In this document: positions 17,948 to 27,519 of the stretch, piece after piece | Numbering within the stretch: position 1 is the first letter of the stretch | Layout of the letters: every line of letters begins with the position of its first letter | Assembly: GCA_964632215.1 (NCBI GenBank) | Contig: CAZWBG010000001.1 | Location: forward strand, 559,863-623,862 | Reading direction: 5' to 3' | DNA length: 64,000 bases | Source of the DNA: an uncultured Candidatus Saccharibacteria bacterium | GTDB lineage: Bacteria > Patescibacteriota > Saccharimonadia > Saccharimonadales > UBA7683 | Position numbers and translations under genes: made by a program | Notes under the pieces: generated by a model | Databases searched by the model: none | What the model was told of the DNA's origin: nothing | The model's input: only the letters and a program-made list of their open reading frames with translations

Positions 17948-19693
17948 CTAAAGTCCTAATTCTTTTAACTGTACTGGATCAACTTCCGAAGGAGAATTCA
18001 TCATGACGTCTACGCCGGAGCCATTTTTAGGGAATGCGACGACTTCACGGATGTTGGTTTCGCCCATGAGCTCCATGAACATTCGATCAATTCCGAATGC
18101 ACAGCCAGCGTGTGGCGGAGCACCGTACTTGAAGGCGTTGATCATGGCACCAAATTTGTTATCAACATAGTCATGGTCATAGCCTAATATTCCGAAAGCT
18201 TCGTACATTACCTCTGGGTTGTGATTTCGTACTGCGCCAGAACAGATTTCATAGCCGTTCATTGCCATATCGTACTGGTCGGCAACAATAGCAAGTTTCT
18301 CTTCGTCAGTTTTGGCTGCTTGAAGTGCTTCAACTCCACCTTTTGGCATAGAAAATGGGTTATGACCAAAATCCACTCGCTTATGCGTTTCGTCCCATTC
18401 GTAAAAAGGAAAATCAATGATCCACACTAATGAAATTACATTTGGATCTTTTAGTTCAAAATGATCGGCAAATGATGTTCGGAGCTTGCCCAGTACTTTA
18501 TTCACCGTGCTTCGAGTATCTGCACCAAAGAAAACCACGTCGCCGTCTTCAGCACCGAGTTTTTCTTTAATTGCAGAAAGCTCAGCTTCTGTAAGAAATT
18601 TCGCGATTGGAGATTTTGCCTCGCTATCTTCATAGGCAATATACGCCAACCCACCAGCACCTTCAGACTTTGCAATTTCTGTGAAGCCATCTATTTGTGA
18701 ACGACTAAGGCTCGCTCCGCCCTTTACGCAGATCGCCTTAACGACTTCAGCATTTTTAAACACACCGAATTCCGTGTTCTCAAGTATGCTCGTAAGATCA
18801 GTGAGCTCCATACCATAACGAAGGTCAGGTTTGTCTGAGCCATATTTTTCCATTGCATCTGCATGCGTAATGGTAACAACCTCACCGCCAACAACTTCTT
18901 TGCCAGCAAACTCAGTAACAAGCTTTTTGATGAGTGGTTCGAATGTTTTGCGCACATCGTTGCCGTTCTCAACAAAACTCATTTCGGCATCAATCTGATA
19001 GAATTCACCGTAAAGACGATCTGCCCTCGGGTCTTCATCTCTAAAACACGCCGCAAGTTGGTAGTATCTTGGAACTCCGCCCACCATAAGAAGCTGTTTA
19101 AACTGCTGTGGCGCTTGCGGAAGTGCATAATACTTACCTTCATGCAGGCGTGAAGGAATCAAAAAGTCACGAGCACCTTCTGGGCTGGAGTTGGCTAAAA
19201 TTGGTGTGGTGACTTCTGTGAAATCTTGCTGCTCCATAAAATTTCGTACAACAGAGAACATCTTTGCGCGTTTTTTGAGCATATGCTGCATTGTTGGACG
19301 GCGCAGATCGAGGTAGCGATATTTAAGACGAATGTCTTCGCTAATATTTTGATCTGAGTTGACTTGAATTGGTAGTGGTTCTGAACGATTAAGAATTTCG
19401 AGGCTCGAAACAACAACTTCAACGTCACCACTTTCAATGTTTGGATTTTTAAGATTCTTCTCACGTTCTTTTACAAACCCGATTACTGAAATAACAAATT
19501 CATCTCTGAGCTGTTCGGCGAGCGCAAATGCCTCTGCTTGATCTGGCTGAAAAACTAACTGCGTAATTCCTGTGTGATCGCGGACATCTATAAAAATTAA
19601 GCCACCGTGATCTCGCCGTGAATTAACCCAGCCTTGTAGGGTAGCTTCTTTGCCAATAAACCGATTGACATGGTTACTCAACGTTCTCTTCAT
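17948..19693 (-). CDS. aspS: Aspartate--tRNA ligase
   Basis: 581 aa with an OB-fold N-terminus (LQGWVNSRRDHGGLIFIDVRD), class II motifs (FRDEDPRADR, GAPPHAGCAFGIDR) and the bacterial insertion domain. Confidence 0.95.
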   Translation of the reverse strand: MKRTLSNHVNRFIGKEATLQGWVNSRRDHGGLIFIDVRDHTGITQLVFQPDQAEAFALAEQLRDEFVISVIGFVKEREKNLKNPNIESGDVEVVVSSLEILNRSEPLPIQVNSDQNISEDIRLKYRYLDLRRPTMQHMLKKRAKMFSVVRNFMEQQDFTEVTTPILANSSPEGARDFLIPSRLHEGKYYALPQAPQQFKQLLMVGGVPRYYQLAACFRDEDPRADRLYGEFYQIDAEMSFVENGNDVRKTFEPLIKKLVTEFAGKEVVGGEVVTITHADAMEKYGSDKPDLRYGMELTDLTSILENTEFGVFKNAEVVKAICVKGGASLSRSQIDGFTEIAKSEGAGGLAYIAYEDSEAKSPIAKFLTEAELSAIKEKLGAEDGDVVFFGADTRSTVNKVLGKLRTSFADHFELKDPNVISLVWIIDFPFYEWDETHKRVDFGHNPFSMPKGGVEALQAAKTDEEKLAIVADQYDMAMNGYEICSGAVRNHNPEVMYEAFGILGYDHDYVDNKFGAMINAFKYGAPPHAGCAFGIDRMFMELMGETNIREVVAFPKNGSGVDVMMNSPSEVDPVQLKELGL

Positions 19694-19740
19694 AAGAGGG
19701 TATTATAGCAGTAACAGAGAGTTATTGCCTAACAGCAGAG

Positions 19741-20670
19741 CTAATCTTCTTTTACAATGCCCGTGAGATGTTTCATCAGGTCGGAGATGGTAACTAGTCC
19801 TATAAATCCGTCCTCATTCCTCACAAGTAATAGGTGCTGCTTCTGCGAGAGGAATATTTGGGCAAGGCTAAGGAGCGACATATCCTGATCTACCCAGACT
19901 AGTTGAGTGGACATCGCCTCTTGTACTGTCAGCTTTTTCTTTGCGCTGTGCACATCAGATATTTGGCTTAAAATCAGTAACCCCTCCGGTTCACTCTTTT
20001 TAGCAGTTACCGGAAAGTAGCCGTGGCCACTTTTTTGAAGCTCACTCAGTACAATCGGACCCAATGTAGCCGTTGGATTCACGCTCATCACTCGCTTCCT
20101 TGGAGTCATAATATCTTGGACAGTTTTATCATGCGCCAGCAGGAGTAGCTCTACTCGGTGCCGTTCCGTTGGTTCAAGTACTGTACTCGGGAATCTCCGC
20201 AGCTGGTCGAGAAATTCACTGCGTGAACTTGGCAAAACAACACTTCGCTTTGGTGGCAAGCCGATAACTTTCCATAGTGGCTCAAGTATTTGAGCAGTTT
20301 TTAGTACTATATCCAAAGTTTTCTCAAATAATGATTGTGCAAGTGACTGAATAAAAGATAGTCGTTGCAGAAGAACAATTAGTAAGACTGCCGCCAACGA
20401 CAGCAAGACACCAAGCCAAACTGAACTAAGAGTAATTAGCAAACCAACGAGTACTGTATAGGCGATAGCCAGCTTGGTTTTTTGCAGTAACCTCACCTGT
20501 GGTAGCTGCACATTAAGTTGTTTTTTGAGTTTACTGGCTCGGTCAGTTTTATGGGCTAGTTGTTCACGCAGTGCAAACTCACTTAACTCGTAGTTGCTGA
20601 GTTTAAGCCCACCTACAAGGAGTAGAAAGAGCATATCAAGTCCTGATACCACCATAAGAAACTGTCTCAT
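19741..20670 (-). CDS. Membrane protein with a CBS-domain pair (CNNM/CorC-HlyC-like)
   Basis: TM N-terminal half followed by VQDIMTPRKRVMSV...GYFPV and VQEAMST...LLLVRNEDGFIGLVTISDLMKHL. Confidence 0.55.
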   Translation of the reverse strand: MRQFLMVVSGLDMLFLLLVGGLKLSNYELSEFALREQLAHKTDRASKLKKQLNVQLPQVRLLQKTKLAIAYTVLVGLLITLSSVWLGVLLSLAAVLLIVLLQRLSFIQSLAQSLFEKTLDIVLKTAQILEPLWKVIGLPPKRSVVLPSSRSEFLDQLRRFPSTVLEPTERHRVELLLLAHDKTVQDIMTPRKRVMSVNPTATLGPIVLSELQKSGHGYFPVTAKKSEPEGLLILSQISDVHSAKKKLTVQEAMSTQLVWVDQDMSLLSLAQIFLSQKQHLLLVRNEDGFIGLVTISDLMKHLTGIVKED

Positions 20671-20729
20671 GCTCCTATTGTACCTAAAATTGCCTATGGT
20701 ATGCTAGGAAGTACGAAAATGGAGATTTT

Positions 20730-21401
20730 ATGAGTAGAACTTTTTGGATTATTTTAGCAATTATAGTAGTTGGTTTAGCGGGCGTATTCCTATTAGTAAA
20801 ACCTGAGGCTGACAACACAGCGACTTTTACGGGAGATGCGGCACAGATCCAGCCTGATGATCATGTTCGAAATAACACACAAGCTAAAGTGACACTTATT
20901 GAATATGGTGACTTTCAATGCCCAAGCTGCGGTGCATTCTACCCAGTTTTAAAACAACTTGAGCAACAATTTGGAGACCAAGTAAACTTTGTCTTCCGCC
21001 ACTACCCGATTATCTCTATTCACCCGAATGCCTTTGCGGCTGCTCGAGCAGCTGAAGCAGCTAGTAGTCAGGGTAAGTTCTTTGAAATGCATGACTTGCT
21101 CTATGAGAACCAACAGGCATGGGGCCAGAGCGCTGCTAGTGCCCAAGGTGTCTTTGAAGGCTATGCCCAACAACTCGGACTTGATATGGAAAAGTTTAAG
21201 CAAGATTATGCTAGTGCCGCCGTGGCTGATCGCATTAACCGAGATATATCGAGTGGTAAACAGTTTGATATTACAGGTACACCAACGTTCATCTTAAACG
21301 GTGAGAAAATCGAGAATCCTAAAGATGCTACTGCTTTTGCAGAGTTACTACAAAAAGCAGTTGATGAAGCTGCCGGCGCCCAACCAACCCCAGCCCAGTA
21401 A
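20730..21401 (+). CDS. DsbA-family thiol:disulfide oxidoreductase, membrane-anchored
   Basis: N-terminal TM segment, the thioredoxin active site YGDFQCPSCGAFYP and a DsbA-like GTPTFILNG. Confidence 0.8.
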   Translation: MSRTFWIILAIIVVGLAGVFLLVKPEADNTATFTGDAAQIQPDDHVRNNTQAKVTLIEYGDFQCPSCGAFYPVLKQLEQQFGDQVNFVFRHYPIISIHPNAFAAARAAEAASSQGKFFEMHDLLYENQQAWGQSAASAQGVFEGYAQQLGLDMEKFKQDYASAAVADRINRDISSGKQFDITGTPTFILNGEKIENPKDATAFAELLQKAVDEAAGAQPTPAQ

Positions 21402-21510
21402 TATACATCTTTAGCTCGTCCATATAGATTAACCTTGCCTTGACTATCGTGGACAAACATAAGCAGTTCATGGGATAATACATGTAATTACTTTAAGGGA
21501 GCCCATATTT

Positions 21511-23202
21511 ATGAGCGGAGACGCACTTTTTGTTCAGATTAGTCTTGTAGTAGCGATTGCCGCAGCGATTGCAGCGCTCATGAAGTTTCTCAAACAGCCG
21601 CTGATAGTTGGTCATATTATTACCGGCGTTATTGTTGGCCCTTTGCTCTTAAACCTTGTGCATGATACGAGTGGTTTTACAGCTTTTAGTAGCATTGGTA
21701 TAGCTCTGCTGCTGTTTATTGTAGGGCTAGAAATAAGCCTTAAGGTGCTCACCCGTTTGCGGCGAGTCGTCTTCATCACGACAACTGTTCAGGTGGTTGG
21801 TATCACACTACTTGGTGCCATGACGGCACGGTTACTACATTTTGGACGGCTTGAATCGTTTATTATTGGTTTGGCCCTGGCACTCAGTAGCACGATTGTT
21901 ATTATTAAACTCTTTAACGATAAAAAGGAAACTGGTCGACTCTACGCTCAAATCGCTATTGGTGTTCTACTACTACAGGACATATTCGCTACAGCCGGAA
22001 AGATCGTTCTATCTGCTCGGCATGAAGGCAGCGGTTTTTTTGACGCTTTCTTTCTCATTAGCCGCGGAATACTTGTGGTTGTGCTACTGTATGCCATTGG
22101 TAAATACGTCTTGCCTAAACTTACAAAGTCACTCGAAAGTTCGAAGGAATTGTTGCTACTTTTTGCACTCGGCTGGGCACTGGGAATTGCTGTTATCTTC
22201 CAGAGAGTCGGCTTTTCAATTGAGGTAGGTGCATTACTAGCGGGTGTCAGCCTTGCCTCCTTGCCCTATAGCCACGAGATGGCCTCTAGGCTTAAGCCAT
22301 TACGAGACTTCTTCTTGGTGATTTTCTTTATCGTGATCGGCTCCACACTTATGCCTGGACATGTAGTTGGAGCTCTCTGGCCTGCTCTGGTATTTATTGG
22401 CGTGGTCTTCATTGCCAAACCAATTTTAATTTTAGGCACCATGGGAATACTTGGCTACACGAAGCGAGCCAGTTTTAAGACGGCTATTTCTATGACTCAA
22501 ATCAGTGAGTTTTCACTGGTCTTTATAGCGGCGGCACTACACTCGGGCTTTGTTGGACAACAAGTACAGGCAGTTATCTCTCTCGTTGGCCTGGCTACAT
22601 TCATAAGTTCGGCTTATCTTATTAAGTATGACGACAAGATTTATCAGAAGCTAGAAAATCACCTGCGCTTTTTTGAGCGGCGCGTTACACGCTACGAACA
22701 ACGCGATGCACTTGGTCATTACCCGATTGTACTTTTTGGCTATCGCAAAGGTGGAGCTGAGTTTATACGAACCTTCAAAAATATGAAGAAGCGATTTGTG
22801 GTAGTTGATTATGATCCGGAGGCTATTGATCTACTCGAACGCCAACACGTTAATTTGCTATATGGTGATGCGACCGACCCAGAACTTATTGAAGAGGTAC
22901 AACTCGACAAAGCTAAGTTAATCGTCTCCACGATGAGTGATTACAAAACAAACGAATTTCTGGCTCATTGGCTCGCTAATAAAAATCCTGGTTGTGTCTT
23001 TGTGTGTTCAGCAGAAACTGCCTACCAAGCCGCCCGGCTCTATCACGAAGGTGCTGCCTACGTCATGATGCCTCACTTTATTGGCTCAGAAAAAATCAGC
23101 AGCTTCATTAAAAAGTCTGGTTTTAAGAAATCCGAATTTCATAAGTTCCGCGACAAGCATTTACAATATCTTCAAAATCACTACTCAGACGAGCCCGCTT
23201 AA
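21511..23202 (+). CDS. CPA2-family cation:proton antiporter with a C-terminal RCK/TrkA-N domain (Kef-like)
   Basis: About 12 TM segments with a QPLIVGHIITGVIVGP-type N-terminus, followed by a Rossmann-like segment PIVLFGYRKGGAEFIRTF..VVVDYDPE. Confidence 0.8.
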   Translation: MSGDALFVQISLVVAIAAAIAALMKFLKQPLIVGHIITGVIVGPLLLNLVHDTSGFTAFSSIGIALLLFIVGLEISLKVLTRLRRVVFITTTVQVVGITLLGAMTARLLHFGRLESFIIGLALALSSTIVIIKLFNDKKETGRLYAQIAIGVLLLQDIFATAGKIVLSARHEGSGFFDAFFLISRGILVVVLLYAIGKYVLPKLTKSLESSKELLLLFALGWALGIAVIFQRVGFSIEVGALLAGVSLASLPYSHEMASRLKPLRDFFLVIFFIVIGSTLMPGHVVGALWPALVFIGVVFIAKPILILGTMGILGYTKRASFKTAISMTQISEFSLVFIAAALHSGFVGQQVQAVISLVGLATFISSAYLIKYDDKIYQKLENHLRFFERRVTRYEQRDALGHYPIVLFGYRKGGAEFIRTFKNMKKRFVVVDYDPEAIDLLERQHVNLLYGDATDPELIEEVQLDKAKLIVSTMSDYKTNEFLAHWLANKNPGCVFVCSAETAYQAARLYHEGAAYVMMPHFIGSEKISSFIKKSGFKKSEFHKFRDKHLQYLQNHYSDEPA

Positions 23203-23206
23203 AAAC

Positions 23207-24574
23207 TTATCGTTTCTTGCGACCAAAATACAGCAGGCCCAGAGCCATCCAAAAGCCACAAATTAATATGGCACCGAGTGTAAAAATTGGCAGGCCTATG
23301 GCAATAATAGCCGGCATAGCCAAGGCTGTGACAATCCCTCCGCCCACAAATGGCTCAAACAGAAGCTGCTTGTAACTAAACCCTTCCATGGCATTTGTTT
23401 TATTGTCGGGATCCACCATATGTAAAAAGAGTAGGCCGGTTGCTGTCATCCCCATAGATTGAGCAACGTTAACAATACCATTTTGGAACCAGTTTTTGGA
23501 GAACATACGGCGTGCCAAAAAGACAAACCCAAATGTAAGCCAGAGTATTCCGGTTGCTGCTAGTAGCACAAAGAGAACCCAGTGAGTACTAATGTAAGTA
23601 AGCGACATAGTTGCCACAGCACTCGCAATAAGCACACTCAGGGCTATGGAACTTAAAAGCTCTATAAGTGACCGCGAGGTTTTAAAGCCAAGCTTTGACC
23701 AGATGATTTGAGCAATGATACCGCCGAACATACAAAATGGGAAGAAAGGTACATAGCTTAAAATTCGGATACCACCCGCCGCACCCCACGTGTGCAGCTC
23801 GACAAAGAGCAACCCCTTATACAACAACCAGCCCACACCAATACTAAAAGCAATGAGCACTAGGTGGCTCATAACCCGACGAGGTGTAAGATGATCTTTT
23901 AACTTAATACCTTTTTTGTTTAGTTCATGAATAATACGCCTGTGGTAGATACGCTCTCTGATACTTCTAGTAGATATCTTCTTAATATAGCCTCGGTGAC
24001 GACCCCAATTGACCAAAATGACACCACTAATAAGTGCCGTACACAAACTGACAGTGGCAAGCCCCAGCGCAAGATCATAGCCCTCCATAAAACTCAGTCT
24101 CTCAAAAACGGGTATCATACCCGAAACCGTTCCGTGTCCACCCTCAAAACTCATTTCTATCAAAGCAGCAGTGATGGGTCGAACCTTAAAAAGTGGAATG
24201 AGTACAAGTAGCGTTAGCAAGCCACCTAAAGCATACTGACCCCAAGCTAACATTTGCCCAAAGGCAACCTGTGGACCAGCTAGTTGCCACATTTTTTTAA
24301 ATGAAGCGAGTGGTCGAGCCAGAAATAATGCCGCAAAAACAACGTTTATTAAATACTTCGGTAGCTTCTGCCAAAATTCATAAAATAGTGGGTTGAGCTG
24401 CCACTCTGGAAAATATACACCTGCAATCTGCGGTCCTATCACCAAAAGTATAAGCCCTGCTGCTAAAGAGCCTGGTAGAAAGGCATGCCGAATAACTGGT
24501 AATCTCACAACCAGGTAGCCTACTATTAAAAAAGCACTCATGACGAGTAGTGCGTATACGGACGTTGCGAACAC
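23207..24574 (-). CDS. Sodium/glutamate symporter-like permease (GltS/ESS family)
   Basis: A polytopic protein. SFEGGHGTVSGMIPVFERLSF..GLATVSLCTALISGVIL resembles the GltS segment LSGGHGTGAAW...ATFGLVLGGLIGGP as I recall it. Confidence 0.5.
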   Translation of the reverse strand: MFATSVYALLVMSAFLIVGYLVVRLPVIRHAFLPGSLAAGLILLVIGPQIAGVYFPEWQLNPLFYEFWQKLPKYLINVVFAALFLARPLASFKKMWQLAGPQVAFGQMLAWGQYALGGLLTLLVLIPLFKVRPITAALIEMSFEGGHGTVSGMIPVFERLSFMEGYDLALGLATVSLCTALISGVILVNWGRHRGYIKKISTRSIRERIYHRRIIHELNKKGIKLKDHLTPRRVMSHLVLIAFSIGVGWLLYKGLLFVELHTWGAAGGIRILSYVPFFPFCMFGGIIAQIIWSKLGFKTSRSLIELLSSIALSVLIASAVATMSLTYISTHWVLFVLLAATGILWLTFGFVFLARRMFSKNWFQNGIVNVAQSMGMTATGLLFLHMVDPDNKTNAMEGFSYKQLLFEPFVGGGIVTALAMPAIIAIGLPIFTLGAILICGFWMALGLLYFGRKKR

Positions 24575-24602
24575 GGGGTTAGTATACCATAAACATAATA
24601 AA

Positions 24603-25193
24603 CTACAGGTAGAGCTGATGGTGCTGGATATAGGCTCTAACTACTGGACTAATGAGTTCTTCGCTGTTTGCTTGTTGTAGTTGGTTTCGGGCAAGCGTAG
24701 AACTGGCCGTAGGCAGGCTGTTGGGCACTAATTTTATATTGATTTTATAATTTGATCGTTCAAGTTGCTGCTGAACCCAGTTCTCAGTATGCTCAGCTCG
24801 TAAACTTATGAGAAAGCCGCCGTATTGTCCGCTATCGGCTATATCATGCCAATCATGAAGGTGCTCGAGCACATCAGAACCTGCCAAGAACCAGACTTCG
24901 GTCTGTACATTGTAGTGTGCTTGCATAACTTGAAGCATGTCTAACAGTGTGTGCTGAGCTGTAAGTTTTTTTGCAAACTCGGTATCATGCTCAAGTTGAG
25001 CAGTGTGCTCCAGAGCTGTCTCGAGCATTGCCTGGCGATGTGTCCAAGCCGCAAGTGGCTGTTTACGATATGGCTCCTTTTCGGGCACAAAAACAATTCG
25101 CTCAAGACCCTCTTGCTCCAGAGCCGCTTTAGCAAAAGCTATATGACCAGCATGGATCGGATCAAAAGCCCCAGCATAGATTCCGATCTTCAT
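24603..25193 (-). CDS. nadD: Nicotinate-nucleotide adenylyltransferase
   Basis: MKIGIYAGAFDPIHAGHIAFAKAA carries the (H/T)xGH nucleotidyltransferase motif, and the size (196 aa) is typical. Confidence 0.8.
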   Translation of the reverse strand: MKIGIYAGAFDPIHAGHIAFAKAALEQEGLERIVFVPEKEPYRKQPLAAWTHRQAMLETALEHTAQLEHDTEFAKKLTAQHTLLDMLQVMQAHYNVQTEVWFLAGSDVLEHLHDWHDIADSGQYGGFLISLRAEHTENWVQQQLERSNYKINIKLVPNSLPTASSTLARNQLQQANSEELISPVVRAYIQHHQLYL

Positions 25194-25194
25194 A

Positions 25195-26775
25195 CTAGGC
25201 GCTTCTCATGTTTTGCAGGGGTCGAAAAGCTAGTTGCTTTTGGGTGCTCGCCCTATGCGTTTGAGCTGCACGCTGGATCTGTTGCTTCTGATGTTCTTTT
25301 TTGGTAAGCCCCGTCTTTTTCTTGCGCTCCAGTTTTGCCTGGCGCTCTTTGGCCTGCTTCCTTGCAAGCTGTTGCTTTTCTTTCATAGCCCGTTTCTTAA
25401 TCTTTGGGTCAACTAACTTACAGCTCAGTCGTGAGCATCGGATACTACTACGTGTGCCAGCTACTCGCACCGATCGATGGCAGCCAGGGCATTGAGACAT
25501 TTCCCCAGGTTCCGGTAATCGGAGACAGATATTAGTATTAGCTGAAAGACGTTGGCCACATACCACCACATCACCCATAGCATATTGCATGTCTTGCTCG
25601 GCATGGACAGTTTTATTCCACGAGCCCTCTCGGAGCGCAGCTTGCTTACGCAGTAAGGCTTCGGCAGCTGGTTCACCGTAGCGCTCTCGGACAAACTCAA
25701 CTCCTTCAATGTCTGCCACCATACTACGGGCATCTTCAAAAGCTTTTCTAAGTTCATTTTGAATATCTCGGGGTTGTTCGATAACCAGCTCTTTAAATCG
25801 TTGCTTGAGCATCTGAGTAGCCTGTTGACGGCGAATCTCTTTTCGCTTAGAAAGTTCGAATATATCGGCGTACGGGTTTGCCTCAATTGCTTCAATGGGC
25901 CCACCAAAAAGATGCGGTTGTCCGGTTCTTTCACTCATAATATAGTCGGTCAGATAGGCAATATCTGCTGCACCATTTTGTAACTCACCTTTTTTAACTT
26001 TGATTTGTGTAGCCAAGTACTTCGTTGAGCTATCTGGCGTATCCTGGATAGTCTGCTCGTCTACCTCTACCCCTAGTCCCGCAAAGAGTTCCTGCAAGGC
26101 ATAGTCAGGCAAGCCCTGCATCATAAGCTGGCCAATTGAAACAGTTTGCTTCTGGCTATCAATGGAGATGAACCGAATCATGCAAGCCGAGTCTAGTCCA
26201 TATTCTTCAGCATTATTAGCCGTTGCTCTGTTAGAAACCGTAATGAGATCATGTGTCTCAGCCTCACCTGTCTTGAGCATCTCACCAGCCACCAGCGACT
26301 CGCGAATCTCTAAGAAGCCACGACCAAGATACCACTGATCAACCCGCTCATCAAGCACCCCATTGGCAGCCAGCTCATCCCAGGAACGGTCGGCCATCAT
26401 GACCGAGTTATCAACAATTGGATAACTCTCAGAAAAGTAATGTAGATCTTCAGTTTCTTCAAATAATCCAGTACGGGCATCGGCATCAAAAACCCTGTCT
26501 GCTTCTTGGGTTTTTGGATGATTGTCTCCGTAGTACGAACGTAACGCCATATAGTGACGAGCACTGCCCAGAGCATCAACGCCCTTGCTCGTAAAAACCT
26601 TTTCGCGGTTCCTTTGTTCAGCACGCACAATACACTGCCGAGCTAGGCTGTTGAACGCAATACGCTGCGCCTCTGAACCGATAGCTGCTTCGTAGGCAGC
26701 TGTGCTTTCAACCACCGCATAGTGTGATGCATCAGCAAAACCTGCGCCCCCCTCGCGTGTAAAAATCCTTGGCAT
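25195..26775 (-). CDS. Hypothetical 526-aa protein with a C-terminal CxxC...CxxxxC zinc-ribbon-like motif and a Lys/Gln-rich basic tail
   Basis: Long ORF with AGGAG 7 nt upstream. It contains CPGCHRSVRVAGTRSSIRCSRLSC followed by KIKKRAMKEKQQLARKQAKERQAKLERKKK. Its stop lies 1 nt before the nadD start. Confidence 0.6.
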   Translation of the reverse strand: MPRIFTREGGAGFADASHYAVVESTAAYEAAIGSEAQRIAFNSLARQCIVRAEQRNREKVFTSKGVDALGSARHYMALRSYYGDNHPKTQEADRVFDADARTGLFEETEDLHYFSESYPIVDNSVMMADRSWDELAANGVLDERVDQWYLGRGFLEIRESLVAGEMLKTGEAETHDLITVSNRATANNAEEYGLDSACMIRFISIDSQKQTVSIGQLMMQGLPDYALQELFAGLGVEVDEQTIQDTPDSSTKYLATQIKVKKGELQNGAADIAYLTDYIMSERTGQPHLFGGPIEAIEANPYADIFELSKRKEIRRQQATQMLKQRFKELVIEQPRDIQNELRKAFEDARSMVADIEGVEFVRERYGEPAAEALLRKQAALREGSWNKTVHAEQDMQYAMGDVVVCGQRLSANTNICLRLPEPGEMSQCPGCHRSVRVAGTRSSIRCSRLSCKLVDPKIKKRAMKEKQQLARKQAKERQAKLERKKKTGLTKKEHQKQQIQRAAQTHRASTQKQLAFRPLQNMRSA

Positions 26776-26922
26776 TAAAAAACTCCTGCTTTTTGGTATT
26801 AGCCCGAAGCAGAAGTTTATAAAAAGACAAACCCTTGAAACAATGTATTTTTATAACATCTCCTGCTCGGGAGGCTCACCTATGTAAGTATGTATCGGAC
26901 TCTTAACCGTTGCGGCACAGTG

Positions 26923-26949
26923 CCGGAGTAAAACCTAGGTTTGTACCGG
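26923..26949. promoter_or_regulatory. Palindromic candidate operator in a divergent intergenic region
   Basis: CCGGAGTAAAACCTAGGTTTGTACCGG has a perfect 12-bp core palindrome (AAACCTAGGTTT) flanked by CCGG/CCGG. It lies between divergent genes 25195..26775 (-) and 27083..27427 (+). Confidence 0.3.
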
Positions 26950-27082
26950 ACTTCCATATTTACGTGAGTACAAGTTGTTAACACTTTTATTGTACGCTGG
27001 TGATAGCGCACTGGCAATACCAATCTACACTAAAATGATGTCAGTCTTGTCAGTGATATTATGCTTATGTTAGAGTACTTAC

Positions 27083-27427
27083 ATGGCTACAACAAAAAAG
27101 AAATCTCAAGGTAAGACGTTTAAGGGTAGAGTGCATAAAGTGGTTGAGAGCGACATATTTAAAAGTGTTGCGATTGTCTCTATATTACTCAACGTACTCT
27201 TCCTGATTAGTGTCTTAGTACTCACCAGTACCGACACCTTCAACCGTGGAGTCTACCGAGCAACACGTGATAAATATTGTCAGAATATCGAGGCCGTGAA
27301 GGCTCGAGCTATTGAGCTTAATGATAGCACCAAGGCAGTCGAAGAATGGCAAATCGATTGCATCGGTAGTCAGTTCCAACCTTACTACGAAGAAGCTGTT
27401 ATTAAATTTAACGCTCAACAAGACTAA
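27083..27427 (+). CDS. Hypothetical membrane-anchored protein
   Basis: 114 aa with a basic N-terminus, one TM segment (VAIVSILLNVLFLISVLVL) and a small two-Cys ectodomain. Confidence 0.5.
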   Translation: MATTKKKSQGKTFKGRVHKVVESDIFKSVAIVSILLNVLFLISVLVLTSTDTFNRGVYRATRDKYCQNIEAVKARAIELNDSTKAVEEWQIDCIGSQFQPYYEEAVIKFNAQQD

Positions 27428-27519
27428 GAGTCTCGCGACACTAAACTTATCTACTTGGTGGTTCTCGCAACTGTCCGTACTTGCATTTTTATGGTTATAT
27501 ATGGTATAATATAAGGATA

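Noticed and set aside
26776-27082. 307-bp intergenic region as an SRP, 6S or other housekeeping RNA gene
   Set aside because: I checked by eye for the SRP domain IV motif and other familiar cores on both strands and found no match. Only the palindromic operator-like element is reported.
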